Assembly: GCA_965603825.1 (NCBI GenBank)
Contig: CBFDEM010000053.1
Coordinates: forward strand, 434,001-498,000
Reading direction: 5' to 3'
DNA from: Blepharisma stoltei ATCC 30299
Taxonomy: Eukaryota; Protista; Ciliophora
DNA: 64,000 nt
The number at the start of each line of letters is the position of its first letter. The stretch's first letter is position 1. The position numbers were made by a program, and so were the translations under genes. This document shows, piece after piece, positions 37,701-49,146 of the stretch. Under the pieces are notes generated by a model. That model did not search any database. It saw only the letters and a list, made by a program, of their open reading frames with translations, and had not been told where the DNA came from.

Positions 37701-38345
37701 AGGAGTTATTTCTAGGCATCGATGTGGGCCTTTAATTAGACATTCATCAATTTCTTCAAGATTCTGATTCCACACTTTGAGTCTTCTATCTCTTCCTGCT
37801 GTTGCAAGTGAAAGCCCATCAGGAAATATTGCTACAGCGATTCCTGAAGTCTTATGGGCAATCACTTTTTTTTCTAAATTTTTCCATTGGATATTTCATT
37901 TGCACAAATAGCCACTCCTATGGACACTGGCCATCCATGTCCCACATGGACTAACTGATACAGCTCTGGCATCAGCTTCGTCATTTAGAGTTGCGACAAA
38001 AGTATAATTATCATCTTTTGAGAATATTGAAAGTCCATTTGTGCCACCTGTAACCAAGTAGCCATTATTTTCACTGATGCACTTAACACCGCCATCTGGA
38101 TCAAGCTGCTGTAAAAGTGCATTGGTTTGCAAATCATAGATATAAACGGTTTTCTCAGCTGAAATTGCAAAGAGGACTTTATTGTCACTTGAAATGGCAA
38201 TATCTCCAATAGGTTTTGGAACTTCTGCAATGAGTTGCCTTCTTCTATCCTCAGTAAAGGCTTTTATTTCGTTCATTTGCTCATTGAAAATCCTAATATC
38301 TGCTTCTGCTGTTCCAAAAATACTTTTAGATAGAACTTTGTCCAT
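34776..38345 (-). CDS. WD40-repeat / TRP-like ion channel fusion (about 1189 aa)
   Basis: One frame through TGA at 37896, 36783 and 35085. N-terminal WD40 repeats; C-terminal 6TM with YFTDLWNILD, RAIAYFRVF, GEFD pore and MNMLIALMGDTYARVQE, then a coiled coil. Confidence 0.85.
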
Positions 38346-38840
38346 TTTCTTAAGTATAATTCTACCATGCAAGACTGATTATTTACAAAAATGGAATTAT
38401 TGCTCAATCAGCTATACTGTAGAACTCAAGAAAAAGTAATTATAAACCTATTGATAAATCATTAGAGTTTATTTTAGGTAAATTTTGAATCACTAGAACA
38501 CTCTAGCAAATAGGTAAGAGTTGATGGGGTAAATTATTTATATATTTCAGTTAAGATATGAGTGCAAAAAGCATAAAGATTAGTTATATTTATTAGAAAA
38601 ATTTGAGTATTTTGTCATTTAGCACAATTGCAAAGATTAAGACGTATATTTACTTAAAAACCCTTAAAAAATTTGTAATAATGCACTGATAAATAAATTG
38701 ATATACTTTCTTAGAATAGAGCATGAATCAGATTTACTTTAAAGCCTACCTGCTTAGCATATTATTTTTTGTTCAACATTTTAACCATACTAATGCTATT
38801 ATTTGATCACACGTAACCCTATTTAATAATAAATCATTTT

Positions 38841-39848
38841 ATGTACTTTTACATATTTCTAGTCATCTTTCTGGTGAACTCTAGCTAGGTTTTATTTGCA
38901 AAGTGACTATTGCGACCTTATCAACTGCTTGAGCAAAGACTTAAAATGCCTCAGTAAACGCTATTCAGAACATTCACACTCATACGCCTAGATAAGCCTG
39001 AAAAAGTTGTAAATTTTAATACGGAAAGCGCACCAGTCTACAAAACTTCGAAGTGTTATCTTAGTCTTATAGTTCCTGCTTACAACGAAGAGAGAAGAAT
39101 TGAAGCAATGCTTGTAGAACACATTCAATATTTTGAACGCAAAAAAGTGACTGAAAATTTTAAATATGAAGTCATTGTTGTAGATGATGGAAGCCGAGAT
39201 CATACGTAATTCACAGTCAGAATTTCTGTTGTACTTGATATCGCCAAAAAACTAAAAGTCCCGATCAAAATTCTTAAATGTGGAGTCAATGGAGGAAAAG
39301 GCTCAGCAGTCAGACTTGGCATGCTAATTGCAAGAGGAGATTATTTATTATTTGCTGATGCTGATAACGCAACTAAAATACAAGGTTACGAAAGGGTTGA
39401 AAAAGAACTGCTGAAAATTAGCAAAGCAGGACTAGGAATTGCTGTAGGTTCAAGGAATGATTTAAATAAAGACATGCAAATCAAAAGAAGCAAACTAAGG
39501 GATTTTTTGAATTGGGGATTTACTACTGGAGTCAGAATTTTATGCTGGACACGTATCAGAGTAAGAATAACATAGGATACACAGTGCGGATTCAAAATGT
39601 TTACTAAAAATGCTGCACAATTACTTTTTAGAGCTCAGCACTTAGAAAGATGGGCATTTGACGTAGAATTAATATACTTAGCTGGAAGAAATAGAATCCC
39701 TATCGTAGAAGTTCCTGTTGATTGGGAAGAAATGGCTGGAAGTAAACTAAATGTATTGAAAGATTCGATTTTAATGGCAAGAGATATACTACTGGTTAGG
39801 ATACTTTATTTGCTTGGTATTTGGAAAACTACAGATGTTTCAATGTAA
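38841..39848 (+). CDS. ALG5: Dolichyl-phosphate beta-glucosyltransferase
   Basis: 15-nt introns 38874-38888, 38954-38968, 39206-39220, 39561-39575. Spliced product has LSLIVPAYNEERRI, VVDDGS, NGGKGSAV, FADAD, DTQCGFKMF, WAFDVEL. Confidence 0.92.
38874..39575 (+). other. Cluster of four 15-nt spliceosomal introns (representative of 20 tiny introns in the window)
   Basis: gtgaactctagctag, gtaaacgctattcag, gtaattcacagtcag, gtaagaataacatag. Each is GT..AG, has A at position 10, and removes an in-frame TAA/TAG. Confidence 0.92.
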
Positions 39849-39965
39849 GTTCTATACAGACCTGGAACGCATGTTGTAGGAGATGCTTAAGATAACACCT
39901 TAAATAATTATTATTCATCTCTGAAAGAATTAAATACGCAATATTATAAAACTGATATCGAAATA

Positions 39966-41024
39966 CTATTCAATCCACCTAATTCGTTTTCCATCTTTCC
40001 ATTCTCCTTTCTTTGTCTTTTTGCCAGGAGCTCTAATTTCACCAATTCCATGCTGTTTCCCATTTTTTCAGCCTCCAGTATAAGTTTTCATATTTGGCCA
40101 AGTAAAAACCCCTTGTCCTTCCTTTTTGTCGTTTACATAATCTCCTTCATATTTTCTACCATCAGGCCATAAAAATACGCCTTTGCCTGACATCATATTA
40201 TTAAACCATGTTCCTTCATATACTCTATCATCAGCCCAATTATATTTTCCAAACCCACTTATTTGGTTTTCTACAAAATTCCCATCATACATAGATCCAT
40301 CTGCCCAAATGAACTTTCCTTTCCCAGTTTTCTTCCCATTTTCAAAATTTCCTGAAAATCTTGCCCCATCTGGCCAATTTTCAATTCCGTAGCCATGCTG
40401 TTTTCCATTCTTTCATTCCCCTTCATAAGTGCACTGTGATTCTAAGGTAAACAGCTTTCCATTACCTTGTATTACATCCTCATAGACATCTCCAATATAA
40501 TAATCTCCATTTGAAAATACTTGTAAACAACGCCCATGCATTTTGCGATCTTTTCACATTCCTTTGCTGTAGCTTCCATCTGACAAGTATTTTTCTCCTC
40601 TTCCACAAGGATTTCCAAATTTATTTCACTCGCCAATATAGACACTATGATCTTGAAGCTTAACAGGCCCTCTCTCAATAACTCCAATTGCTTTATCTGT
40701 ATAAGCGAATTCGACTAAATTTTTGAGAGTTTCTGCTGCTTTTTGAGAGAGCATGTTTGGGATTTCGTTTAATTCTTCGAAATTAAATTTTACTTCAAGC
40801 TCTTCTTCAGCCTCTTTGGTAGCTTTTTTATGAAATAATGATCGAATTAGGTAACCTCTAAAAGCTGCTTGGGATTTGACCACGAAAGGGTTGACAGAAG
40901 GAAATGATGGGGGAATTTCGGAAAATAATGCATTCGATTTTTCTTGTTTTTGAGATACGAGAGTGTTATCGATTTCTATTGTGCCAACTTCCTCTTGCTT
41001 TTGGTTACAATGACAAACGCCCAT
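39966..41024 (-). CDS. MORN-repeat protein with IQ-like motif and N-terminal acylation motif
   Basis: MGVCHC start, [16 protein letters not shown] repeats such as YEGE(W=TGA)KNGKQHGYG; stop is TAG at 39966. Confidence 0.88.
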
Positions 41025-41292
41025 AATTAATTGAAAAGATGATATAATTCAAATGTAAAAAAAGAAAAGAATTTGTAGAGCAATTACTGATAGCAATGCA
41101 AGAGTTGGTTCTTTGCCTAAATATTGATGAGGTAAAGTTAATACTATTGCTGTATCTTTAAAATTTTTCTCAATCCAAATTATAAATCGCTATATATAAT
41201 TTGACTAATTTTTGATATAAAAATAATTATGAAAATATCTTAACTTTTATTTTTAATTATTCTGCTATCTCAATTCCATATTTAAAATATTC

Positions 41293-42138
41293 ATGGGAGT
41301 GTGTAATTGATGCAAGGCTGAACCCTCAATGAACTTGGAAGAAAAACAAAAATCAACGTACACTCACTACAAATCTCCACCACAAACAACAGCTTCCAGT
41401 GAAAAATTATCGAGGAAGATGCTAAATCCTTCATCTGACCCATCGCGCAAGCTGCTTCAGCATTTTTATAATCAAAATAAGCTTGATATTGACCCAGAAA
41501 TTCTCATCATATACATGGAAATCATTCGAGGAGACCATCAAAGCATAAAAGAAGTTAACTTAAAATTTCGAAATATAGCTCCCAAACAATCGAAATTTTT
41601 AAGTTTAATTATCCCTTACTGCACAGAATTACGAAAAATTAACATTTGAAGAACAAATCTAGGCGATGAAGGAATTCATCATTTGACAAAATCTCTCATT
41701 TACCTTCAGAATATAATACAGATTTCCCTTGATGAAAATAATATCAGTGAGACAGGATTTTCATATTTTTCAAAAGGTTTGATTAATTTGAAAAAGCTGA
41801 AAGTCCTAAGTTTACATCAGAATGAAATTGGCTCTCAAGGCTCGAAGGCATTAGCACTAGCATTTAAAGAGCTTTGAAATTTAGAAGAATTGTATTTAGA
41901 CTCAACCAAGCTAACCAATGACCAGCTAAATAATTTAACACAAGGAATCTCAGGTATAAGAAGTCTCAAAAAATTAGGATTAGCATATAATCTGCTTGAC
42001 GGCAAGTGTATACCTCTTCTGAGGGATTTTCTAGAAAAAATGAAGATAAAAGAGCTATTTTTATCAGGAAATCAATTAACTGAAGGAGAAGCTCAAATGT
42101 TATCAGAAAGTTTCAGCGATATTAATATCATTGCATAA
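41293..42138 (+). CDS. Leucine-rich-repeat (RI-like) protein with N-terminal acylation motif
   Basis: MGVCN(W)CK start; three track ORFs in one frame joined by TGA; LRRs LKVLSLHQNEIG, LKKLGLAYNLL, LFLSGNQL. Confidence 0.82.
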
Positions 42139-42251
42139 TAAAAATTAGCCACTATGTATTTATTTATAGGAATTAACCTTTTGAATTAAAAAAATACCCT
42201 CTTTAAAATTTAACTTTAAAACTCCCAAAATGTGTTGATAAAATAAAAAAT

Positions 42252-43403
42252 ATGGTGCGAGCCTACCTTAATTGTCATTCAATCTATTACCTTAACACCA
42301 TTCTAGTTTCATTTTTCATTTATGTGACAGACCATTACCAAAAGCCTATGTTTATTGTTTGGTTTATATATGCGCTACTTCCTTTCCTTGATGCGATTCT
42401 TCCTCTGGACCACATCAATCCAACTCCTGAAGAAGAAAAGGAACTCAAAAGGCAGTGGAAGTGAAAAATCCCTATTTATTCCTTTGTGTTTGCTGAGTGG
42501 TATGCTATGTTTTGGGTAATGAATTATATCAACAATCATAGCCTTTCTTGGTCACAACTCGTAGCTCTTATTATAACTCAAGGGCATGTTAGTGCTATCG
42601 GATTTTTAATTGCCCATGAGCTTTTCCATAAGCGTGATATGCTTGGTAGAGTAGTGGGCACTTTGGATATGCTCAAAAGCTTGTATATGCATTTTTACTC
42701 AGAGCATCTGTATGGGCATCATAAAAATGTCAGTACTCCAAACGATCCTGCAACAGCAAAGCTCAATCAAACCCTATATGAGTTCATTCCTTCAACAATC
42801 AAAGGAAGTTTTTTAAACTGCTGGAAAAGGGAATCGAAAGCCTTAAAAAAACGAGGCAAATCCCCTTGGAGTATAGAAAATAAGCTGATTATTTGTGTAC
42901 TTATAGAAATTTTATTTGTATGCTTTATTTTCGCGTGTTTTAGCTTTAAATCGTTTATGGTATTTTTAATTCAAGCTGCGCTTTCTATATTTCTATTAGA
43001 AAGTATCAATTATGCTCGACATTATGGCTTGCAAAGAAAGGAAATCAAGCCTGGGGTGTACGAACCAGTTACTATCAAGCACTCGTGGAATGCTCCACAT
43101 TTTTTGCAGAATCTATTTCTCTTGAAACTCCAACGACACTCAGACCATCATGCAAACTCATATAAGCCATATCAAACTTTAAGCAGCTATCCTGAGAGTC
43201 CATGTCTTCCTTGTGGCTATGCAAGCTGCATTCCTGCTGCTCTAATACCTCCTGCATGGTTTGCAATTGTAAATCCTATTGTTGAAGGCACGAATGAATA
43301 TGGCAAGCCGACTGCTGAGCAAATGAAGAAGTCAACCGATTCTTTTAACATTTTCTTGGTGCTTCAAGCGAGTGTTTTTACTCTCCTACTAATTTTAATA
43401 TAA
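42252..43403 (+). CDS. Alkane 1-monooxygenase (AlkB)-like membrane di-iron enzyme
   Basis: His boxes HELFH, EHLYGHH, NYARHYG, LQRHSDHHA plus DPATA and HSWN. TGA at 42462 joins the two ORFs. Confidence 0.88.
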
Positions 43404-44119
43404 GGAAGCCGATAATTATAAAATGGCATTTCTAAAGTAGACTAGTAATTCTAATTATAAAGCTTGATATGGACATTTTTAAATATTTTTCAAGCTTTTG
43501 AGCTTATTGAACATTATATGCAATTCTTTTAATTCTTAAATATCAGCTTAATTTTTTTTAAACTTCAAACTAAATACTAATATTTCTTTTGCAAAAATGT
43601 ATAATTGCAATGATATAAGACAAGAAGCTTGCGGAATGACCATTGCTATCTGTTAGAGGGAATGAGCTAAAAAACAAAATGGTGAGAGCTTGGATTAAGT
43701 ATCATCAAATTGCAACATCAATGTCATTTAGTTTTTATTTCTTCATGCTTAACTCCATCTACCGCGATTATTAAAACAATCATTTAGTTCCTTATTAAAG
43801 ATGGAGTCTATAAGGGTTGTTTTGAAAGTAAGATCGGTGGTTTATATAAAATTGTAGCTGTCAACAGGATTGAAAAGCCAACTCACGACTCAAATAATAC
43901 TTGCATCTTGTCAGACCTTTGCAGCAGGTACCCAATTTTGGAAAATATATCCCTTGGTAAATTTTAAACTCCAAATTTGTTTTCAACTTTTATAAAATAA
44001 CCAATAACATTTAATAGTCTACCAATCAATATGAGCGCTAAGGATAATTATATAACTTAATGAATTCAGAGAATAAGTTTATCAAATTTTTCTCCAAAGA
44101 TGGTTGAATAATTAAAAAA

Positions 44120-45219
44120 ATGTTGAGGCCTTATTTTATTTACCATTTGATATATTATCTCAATATGACATTACTGTCTTTCTTTTTATCCTCAACAGAC
44201 CGTTACCAAAAAGTCGATGCTTATTTTCTATTCATGCTTCCTGTTGTGGATCAATTCTTCCTTTGGATCATATAAATCCTAAAGAAAAGAAAAGGAGCCC
44301 AAAAAGCAGCGGAAATGGAAGATTCCAATTTATTCATCTGTGCTTATTGAATGATATTCTTTGTTTTGGGTATGAGCTATATAAACTATCAATAACTCAT
44401 AGCTATTATTATAGCTGAAGGGCATGTTAGTGCGATCAGATTTTAATTTCTCATGAATTCTTCCATAAGTCTGGTGTGCTAGGCAAATTAGTGGGAACTT
44501 TAGACATGCTTAAAAGCCTGCATATGCATTTTACTCAGAGTATCTATATGTGTATCATAAAAATGGCGACTCGGGTAATCTTGTAACTTTAAAACTCACA
44601 AAACCTTTATGAGTCCATTTCTGCAGTAATTAAAAAAAATTTTTTTACTGCTGGAAAAGGAAATCGAAAGCTTTAATAAAGCAAGGCAAATCCCTTTGGG
44701 TATAAAAATAAGCTGATTATTGATTAATTTATTTATTTTTATGCTTTATTTTCGCATGATTTAGCTTTAAATCGTTTATGGTATTTTTAAGTCAAACTTT
44801 GCTTTCTGTATTTATATTGAAATTATCAATTATGCTCATCATTATGGATTAAAAAGAAAAGAAATAAAACTTGGAGTATGCAAGCTTGCAACTATCAAGC
44901 ACTCGTGGAATGCCCATACTTTTTGCAAAGCATATTTCTACTAAAACCTCATAGACATTAAGACCATTATGTAATAGTATTTAAACCATATCAAATTTAA
45001 GCAGTTCTGAGAGTCAAAATCTTCATTGTCGCTATATCCAAGCTGCACTCCTACTGCTCTAATGCCTTCTGTATGGTTTTTCGATTACAAATCCTATTTC
45101 TGAAGGCACGAAAGAGTAGGATAAGCCGACTTCTGAACAAATGAAGAATCCAACTGATTCTTTTAGCATTTCTTGTGCTTCAAGCGAGTATTTTTACCCT
45201 CCTCCTAATTTTAATATAA
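44120..45219 (+). pseudogene. Degraded tandem copy of the AlkB-like gene
   Basis: Colinear nucleotide similarity to 42252-43403 (agggcatgttagtgc, ttagctttaaatcgtttatggtattttta, actatcaagcactcgtggaatgc) with many indels and stops; no long ORF. Confidence 0.9.
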
Positions 45220-45240
45220 GTACAAGCCGATAATTATAAA

Positions 45241-46198
45241 ATGGCATTTCCAGCCTGTGAAGTTGGAGCGGAATGGTGCGTTGTAGCTGACTCACTGGCT
45301 GGGGTTTCTTTTATAGAGTTCTGCTTGACAGTATTTTATAATCAGACATACCAAGTGTTTCAAAATTATAAGTTCATAAAGAATTATCGAGATAAAACAC
45401 TTATCATTCTTTACATCCAAGTCCTTCAGACGCTATGCATGTGCGTTCACTATTTAGTTATAATCAGCACCCTAAACGTGTTGTACATGATCATGATTTA
45501 TTTTCAATTCATTGAAGATACTTTGGTGTTTTATTACTTCTCCTGGGAAGCTGCAAAAGTAGAAAATAGAGGGATTTTATATAAAAGAGCCGGAGTTATA
45601 CTGCTGGCCGTGAATTTATTATATTTAACAGGATTTGTTATATTTTTTGGTGTGGATAGTATGCGAAATGATGATGTTTTTTTATGTACAGACAACGTTT
45701 GAATTTATTTGAGACTTAGTGGCCTTTTATTGACAACTATGTTTTTAATTTTAGGAATTAAGATGACACAGAAGCTGAAAATGCTAAAAAACAGTGATAA
45801 CCTGTTTTTCGACACTGGGAGAGAAAAAGAACTATGGTAATATTCTCATCAGGGGTTTGATTTTAATCATGCTTGTGGCAAATACTGCGGCTATGTTCCA
45901 AAATCTTATGCAAAGATTTTATACTCAAGACAACTGCAACAATTTATTTGAAGGGAACCAAGGTGCTAATATCTTTTTATTTATCCTACTCAGGTTTTTG
46001 TCTCAAGATATGTTTATGATTACTTGCCTTTACGTGTTTTGGGCTTCAAGGAGGTTTGGAAGCAATGAAGTGTCTATTGTGATTAATATTTAGGTATCGT
46101 TTCCTATGAGCCATCAAGCCTTAACTCCAAAATCCGATGAACCTCAGGTAATGAGCCCTCTGGAATGGGGAATTGATTCCATTTTATCTGCAAGCTAA
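45241..46198 (+). CDS. Multi-pass (about 7 TM) membrane protein of unknown function
   Basis: TGA read-through at 45700. Introns 45331-45345 (probable), 45837-45852 (16 nt, explains the +1 frame change) and 46079-46093; ends TAA 46196-46198. Confidence 0.72.
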
Positions 46199-46617
46199 TT
46201 TTTGGAGGTTATAATTAAATTATGAAGGCAATAAGCCTTTTAAATTCCTCAGATATAATTTAAATAATGAAATTTATTTAATTCACAATATTGATCTTTG
46301 GTTTTTGCATTTCAGAGTTCAGTATTTAAACTCTTTTAGCCTGTAGAAGATATATACTTTAAAGCTGCTTGCATGCTATTCATCCATTTATGCAAACCTT
46401 TTCTGGCAATTTATATTAATTTTTTCAAAGCAATCCTGGCTGGCCTATTTCAAATCTTACATTAATAATGCTAAGTAGTATTTTGACTCTAATTATTAAC
46501 GAAATTTCATATGAAAGATAAGTCTTACAGTAAAGTTTTTGATTAACTTTCTAATATATATTTAAAATTAATTTAAATCACTAATTTTCTTATATATTTT
46601 ACCAGTCAATAATAGAA

Positions 46618-47301
46618 ATGCTATTTCGAATGCTTTTAGCTGAAGCAATTGGAACATTCGTCCTAACCTTCACAGTAGGGGTCTCTACAAGTGAGCCTTT
46701 TACTGTTGGAGGTGCTCTCTGGGCAGCAATGGTTGCAACTGCATTTGTATCAGGAGCTCACTTCAACCCTGCAATTACTCTTTCAATAATAACACGCAAG
46801 TATATCAACAATACTCTTTCCCAGCCAGAGCTCGTGAAATTTCTCTTATACATGGTTGTGCAGTTTTTCTCAGCTTTTATTGCATCATTATGTGCCTGGG
46901 GTATAATCCGATATCCAGTTTATTTTGATATTTCTTCAGATTATAGCGGCTCTCAAGGATTCTTTGCAGAATTAATTTACACAACAATTCTCTGTGCGAA
47001 TGTTTTGATGATTGGGACTGTGAATGATGCGATCGTGGTTTCTGGAGGCATTATTGCGCTGACATTGACAACGGGAAACTGGGCAATTGGGAGAATCACT
47101 GGAGGCTGTTTTAATCCTGCAGTTGGGCTGGGGATTAATTTGGCTTATCTATTACATAAAGATGACCATTTCGGAATTACTTGGCTTTATATTATTGCAC
47201 CTTACTTAGGAGGAATTGTAGGTGGTGTGTTTGCATCAATCTTTTTGAATGAAGTTACAGTCCAAAAGAAGAGTGTGATTGAAAAAAGTCAAGCAGAATA
47301 A
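46618..47301 (+). CDS. Aquaporin (MIP family)
   Basis: AEAIGTF, SGAHFNPA, TGGCFNPA, WLYIIAPYLGG. Confidence 0.95.
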   Translation: MLFRMLLAEAIGTFVLTFTVGVSTSEPFTVGGALWAAMVATAFVSGAHFNPAITLSIITRKYINNTLSQPELVKFLLYMVVQFFSAFIASLCAWGIIRYPVYFDISSDYSGSQGFFAELIYTTILCANVLMIGTVNDAIVVSGGIIALTLTTGNWAIGRITGGCFNPAVGLGINLAYLLHKDDHFGITWLYIIAPYLGGIVGGVFASIFLNEVTVQKKSVIEKSQAE

Positions 47302-47487
47302 TCTTAATAATCACTAGAGATAGATAGTGATATAGGTTTATTAGAATAGCAACTAAATAGATGAAGTTATTAGATTTATATATAATATAGCTATATAGAT
47401 ATGTAAAATTTCAATCTTAAAAACTATTTGAAGTTTAAAGAAAAACCAAAAAACTCTGTTTTCAATAATTGTCTTGTTTTTCTATAA

Positions 47488-47608
47488 TAATGTGCGGCTT
47501 TATCTGTAAGACGAGGACTTAATTCGCGTCACTTATCGAAGCCATATAATTTCTGACTGCTAAACCGAGAGAGGCTAACTTGCAGTTCTCTTCCTTGGCC
47601 CAGTCATT
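47488..47608 (-). ncRNA. Candidate box H/ACA guide RNA (scaRNA-like) targeting U2 snRNA Psi43/44
   Basis: Minus strand: hairpin TGACTG...CAGTCA, hinge with AAATTA (ANANNA), hairpin GGCTT...AAGCC, then ACA plus 3 nt. Pocket strands GATAAG and CAGATA are complementary to U2 CUUAUC and UAUCUG. Confidence 0.72.
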
Positions 47609-47687
47609 TTTATTTATTATCAAACTACTTATTTATATTTTAAACACATAAAATATTTTTTAAAAAGAATGCTTAAGATTATAAACC

Positions 47688-49146
47688 TTAATTCACTGCA
47701 ACAGGTGGTAAAAAAGGATAAAATACCGTTTGAGGGTTCTTATCAGGCATATTTATCACCACGATTGGTCTCACTTCTCTATGAGCTCCATCAGCATTTT
47801 CAATTAATATAGGCTCTTCTGGCATTCTTTCAGTATTTGAATCAGGTGCTACGTAAACTATTAAGTTTTGTTTATTTTCTTGGTTTTTTGCAGCCTTTTT
47901 AGCTTTTCTTCTTTTACTAACACATAAACAGCATACAACTCCTACAGCTCCTAAAGCTATAACTCCTCCAATTGGAAGTCCAATTTTAAGTCCAAGTAGA
48001 TCGTCAGTGGAATCTCCTTTATTTCCACTATGATGATTTACTGTCGGCACACCTAGCCCAATAGAGGCACTAATACCATTTGCAGGTAGACTAAAAGCGC
48101 TATAAAATTGTCTTAAGAAAGAAGTTCCGATGACCCAATTACCAGTCTGAGATTCTTCAAATAAAAGCACACACTCACCAATTGAGGAATTGTATTGCAA
48201 ATATCCTTCAGGAGGTAGCATGATAAGCTGACCTCCCATAAAAAACGTTATATTTGGATATTCGCTCATATAATCGCAGTAGCAATTGATTTGAGGGCCA
48301 TCTTGGCAATCGTATTTTCTTTTAAAAAAATCGTAAATGCGATATAAATCATTATGAGGGACAAAAATAAAAGGAGTGCTTAAATCAAATACTGCTTGGC
48401 TATAAGTGTTAATAGTTTCACCCATTAAATCTACTTCTTCAAGATTAACTGCCCAATTGTTTTGTCCTTCTACAAGAGATAAGAACTTCATCTCATCCTC
48501 TTCTATATAATCTTTATCAATTCCCCCCAAAATTAACTTAGAATTTGTATCTGCATCCTTACTAAAATACAGAGAAAACATAGGAGCTTCAATTTGGCTT
48601 TGATTATACAATGTCTGAATTAAGTTATCGTAGCTATTGTTAAAGCCAAGCCCAAGAACCCCATCCCAGCCTTTTCCTTCATATGTTAAATCTTCTACCA
48701 CAAGTGCAAAAGTTTGACTATTTGCAGCGAGGTCTGAAATCTCAACAGCATCTGTGCTTAAAAGGGCTTTTGCACCGCTGTATTGTGGCTATATGAAAAT
48801 TACATCGAGATGGACAAATTCTATTTTAGGAGCAAATGTAGAGGATTCAGTAGGGACAAATACGTCTAAGGGTTTGACGCAAGATTTGCAAATTTCATCA
48901 ACTATTCAGAGATTCTGAGTTACTATTACTGAAGTTGTTATATCAAGAAGAAGACAAAAAATTTGGCCTGGGGTACCGACTGAGACTTGAACTGTGTAAG
49001 CAATCTGACATAAAAGTTACGTTGCTATAGTTAGAAATGACGGCAGATGAGATGTCCTTTCCTGAGCGCAAATGCTTTTCTTCGGTTTGGATAGGGAGAT
49101 AAAGCTTTGAAAGGACAGAAACGAATAGAAGGGAAATGAGCTTCAT
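47688..49146 (-). CDS. Pepsin-family (A1) aspartic protease homologue, type I membrane protein, degenerate active-site motifs
   Basis: Signal peptide; introns 49005-49020 (16 nt), 48915-48929, 48789-48803. YTVQVSVGTPGQ, LLDITTS, DGVLGLG, AVFDLST, WVIGTSFLRQFY, C-terminal TM. Confidence 0.82.

Noticed and set aside
43600-44010. Possible coding relic between the AlkB copies
   Set aside because: Only short, stop-interrupted frames in the part examined; no identifiable family.
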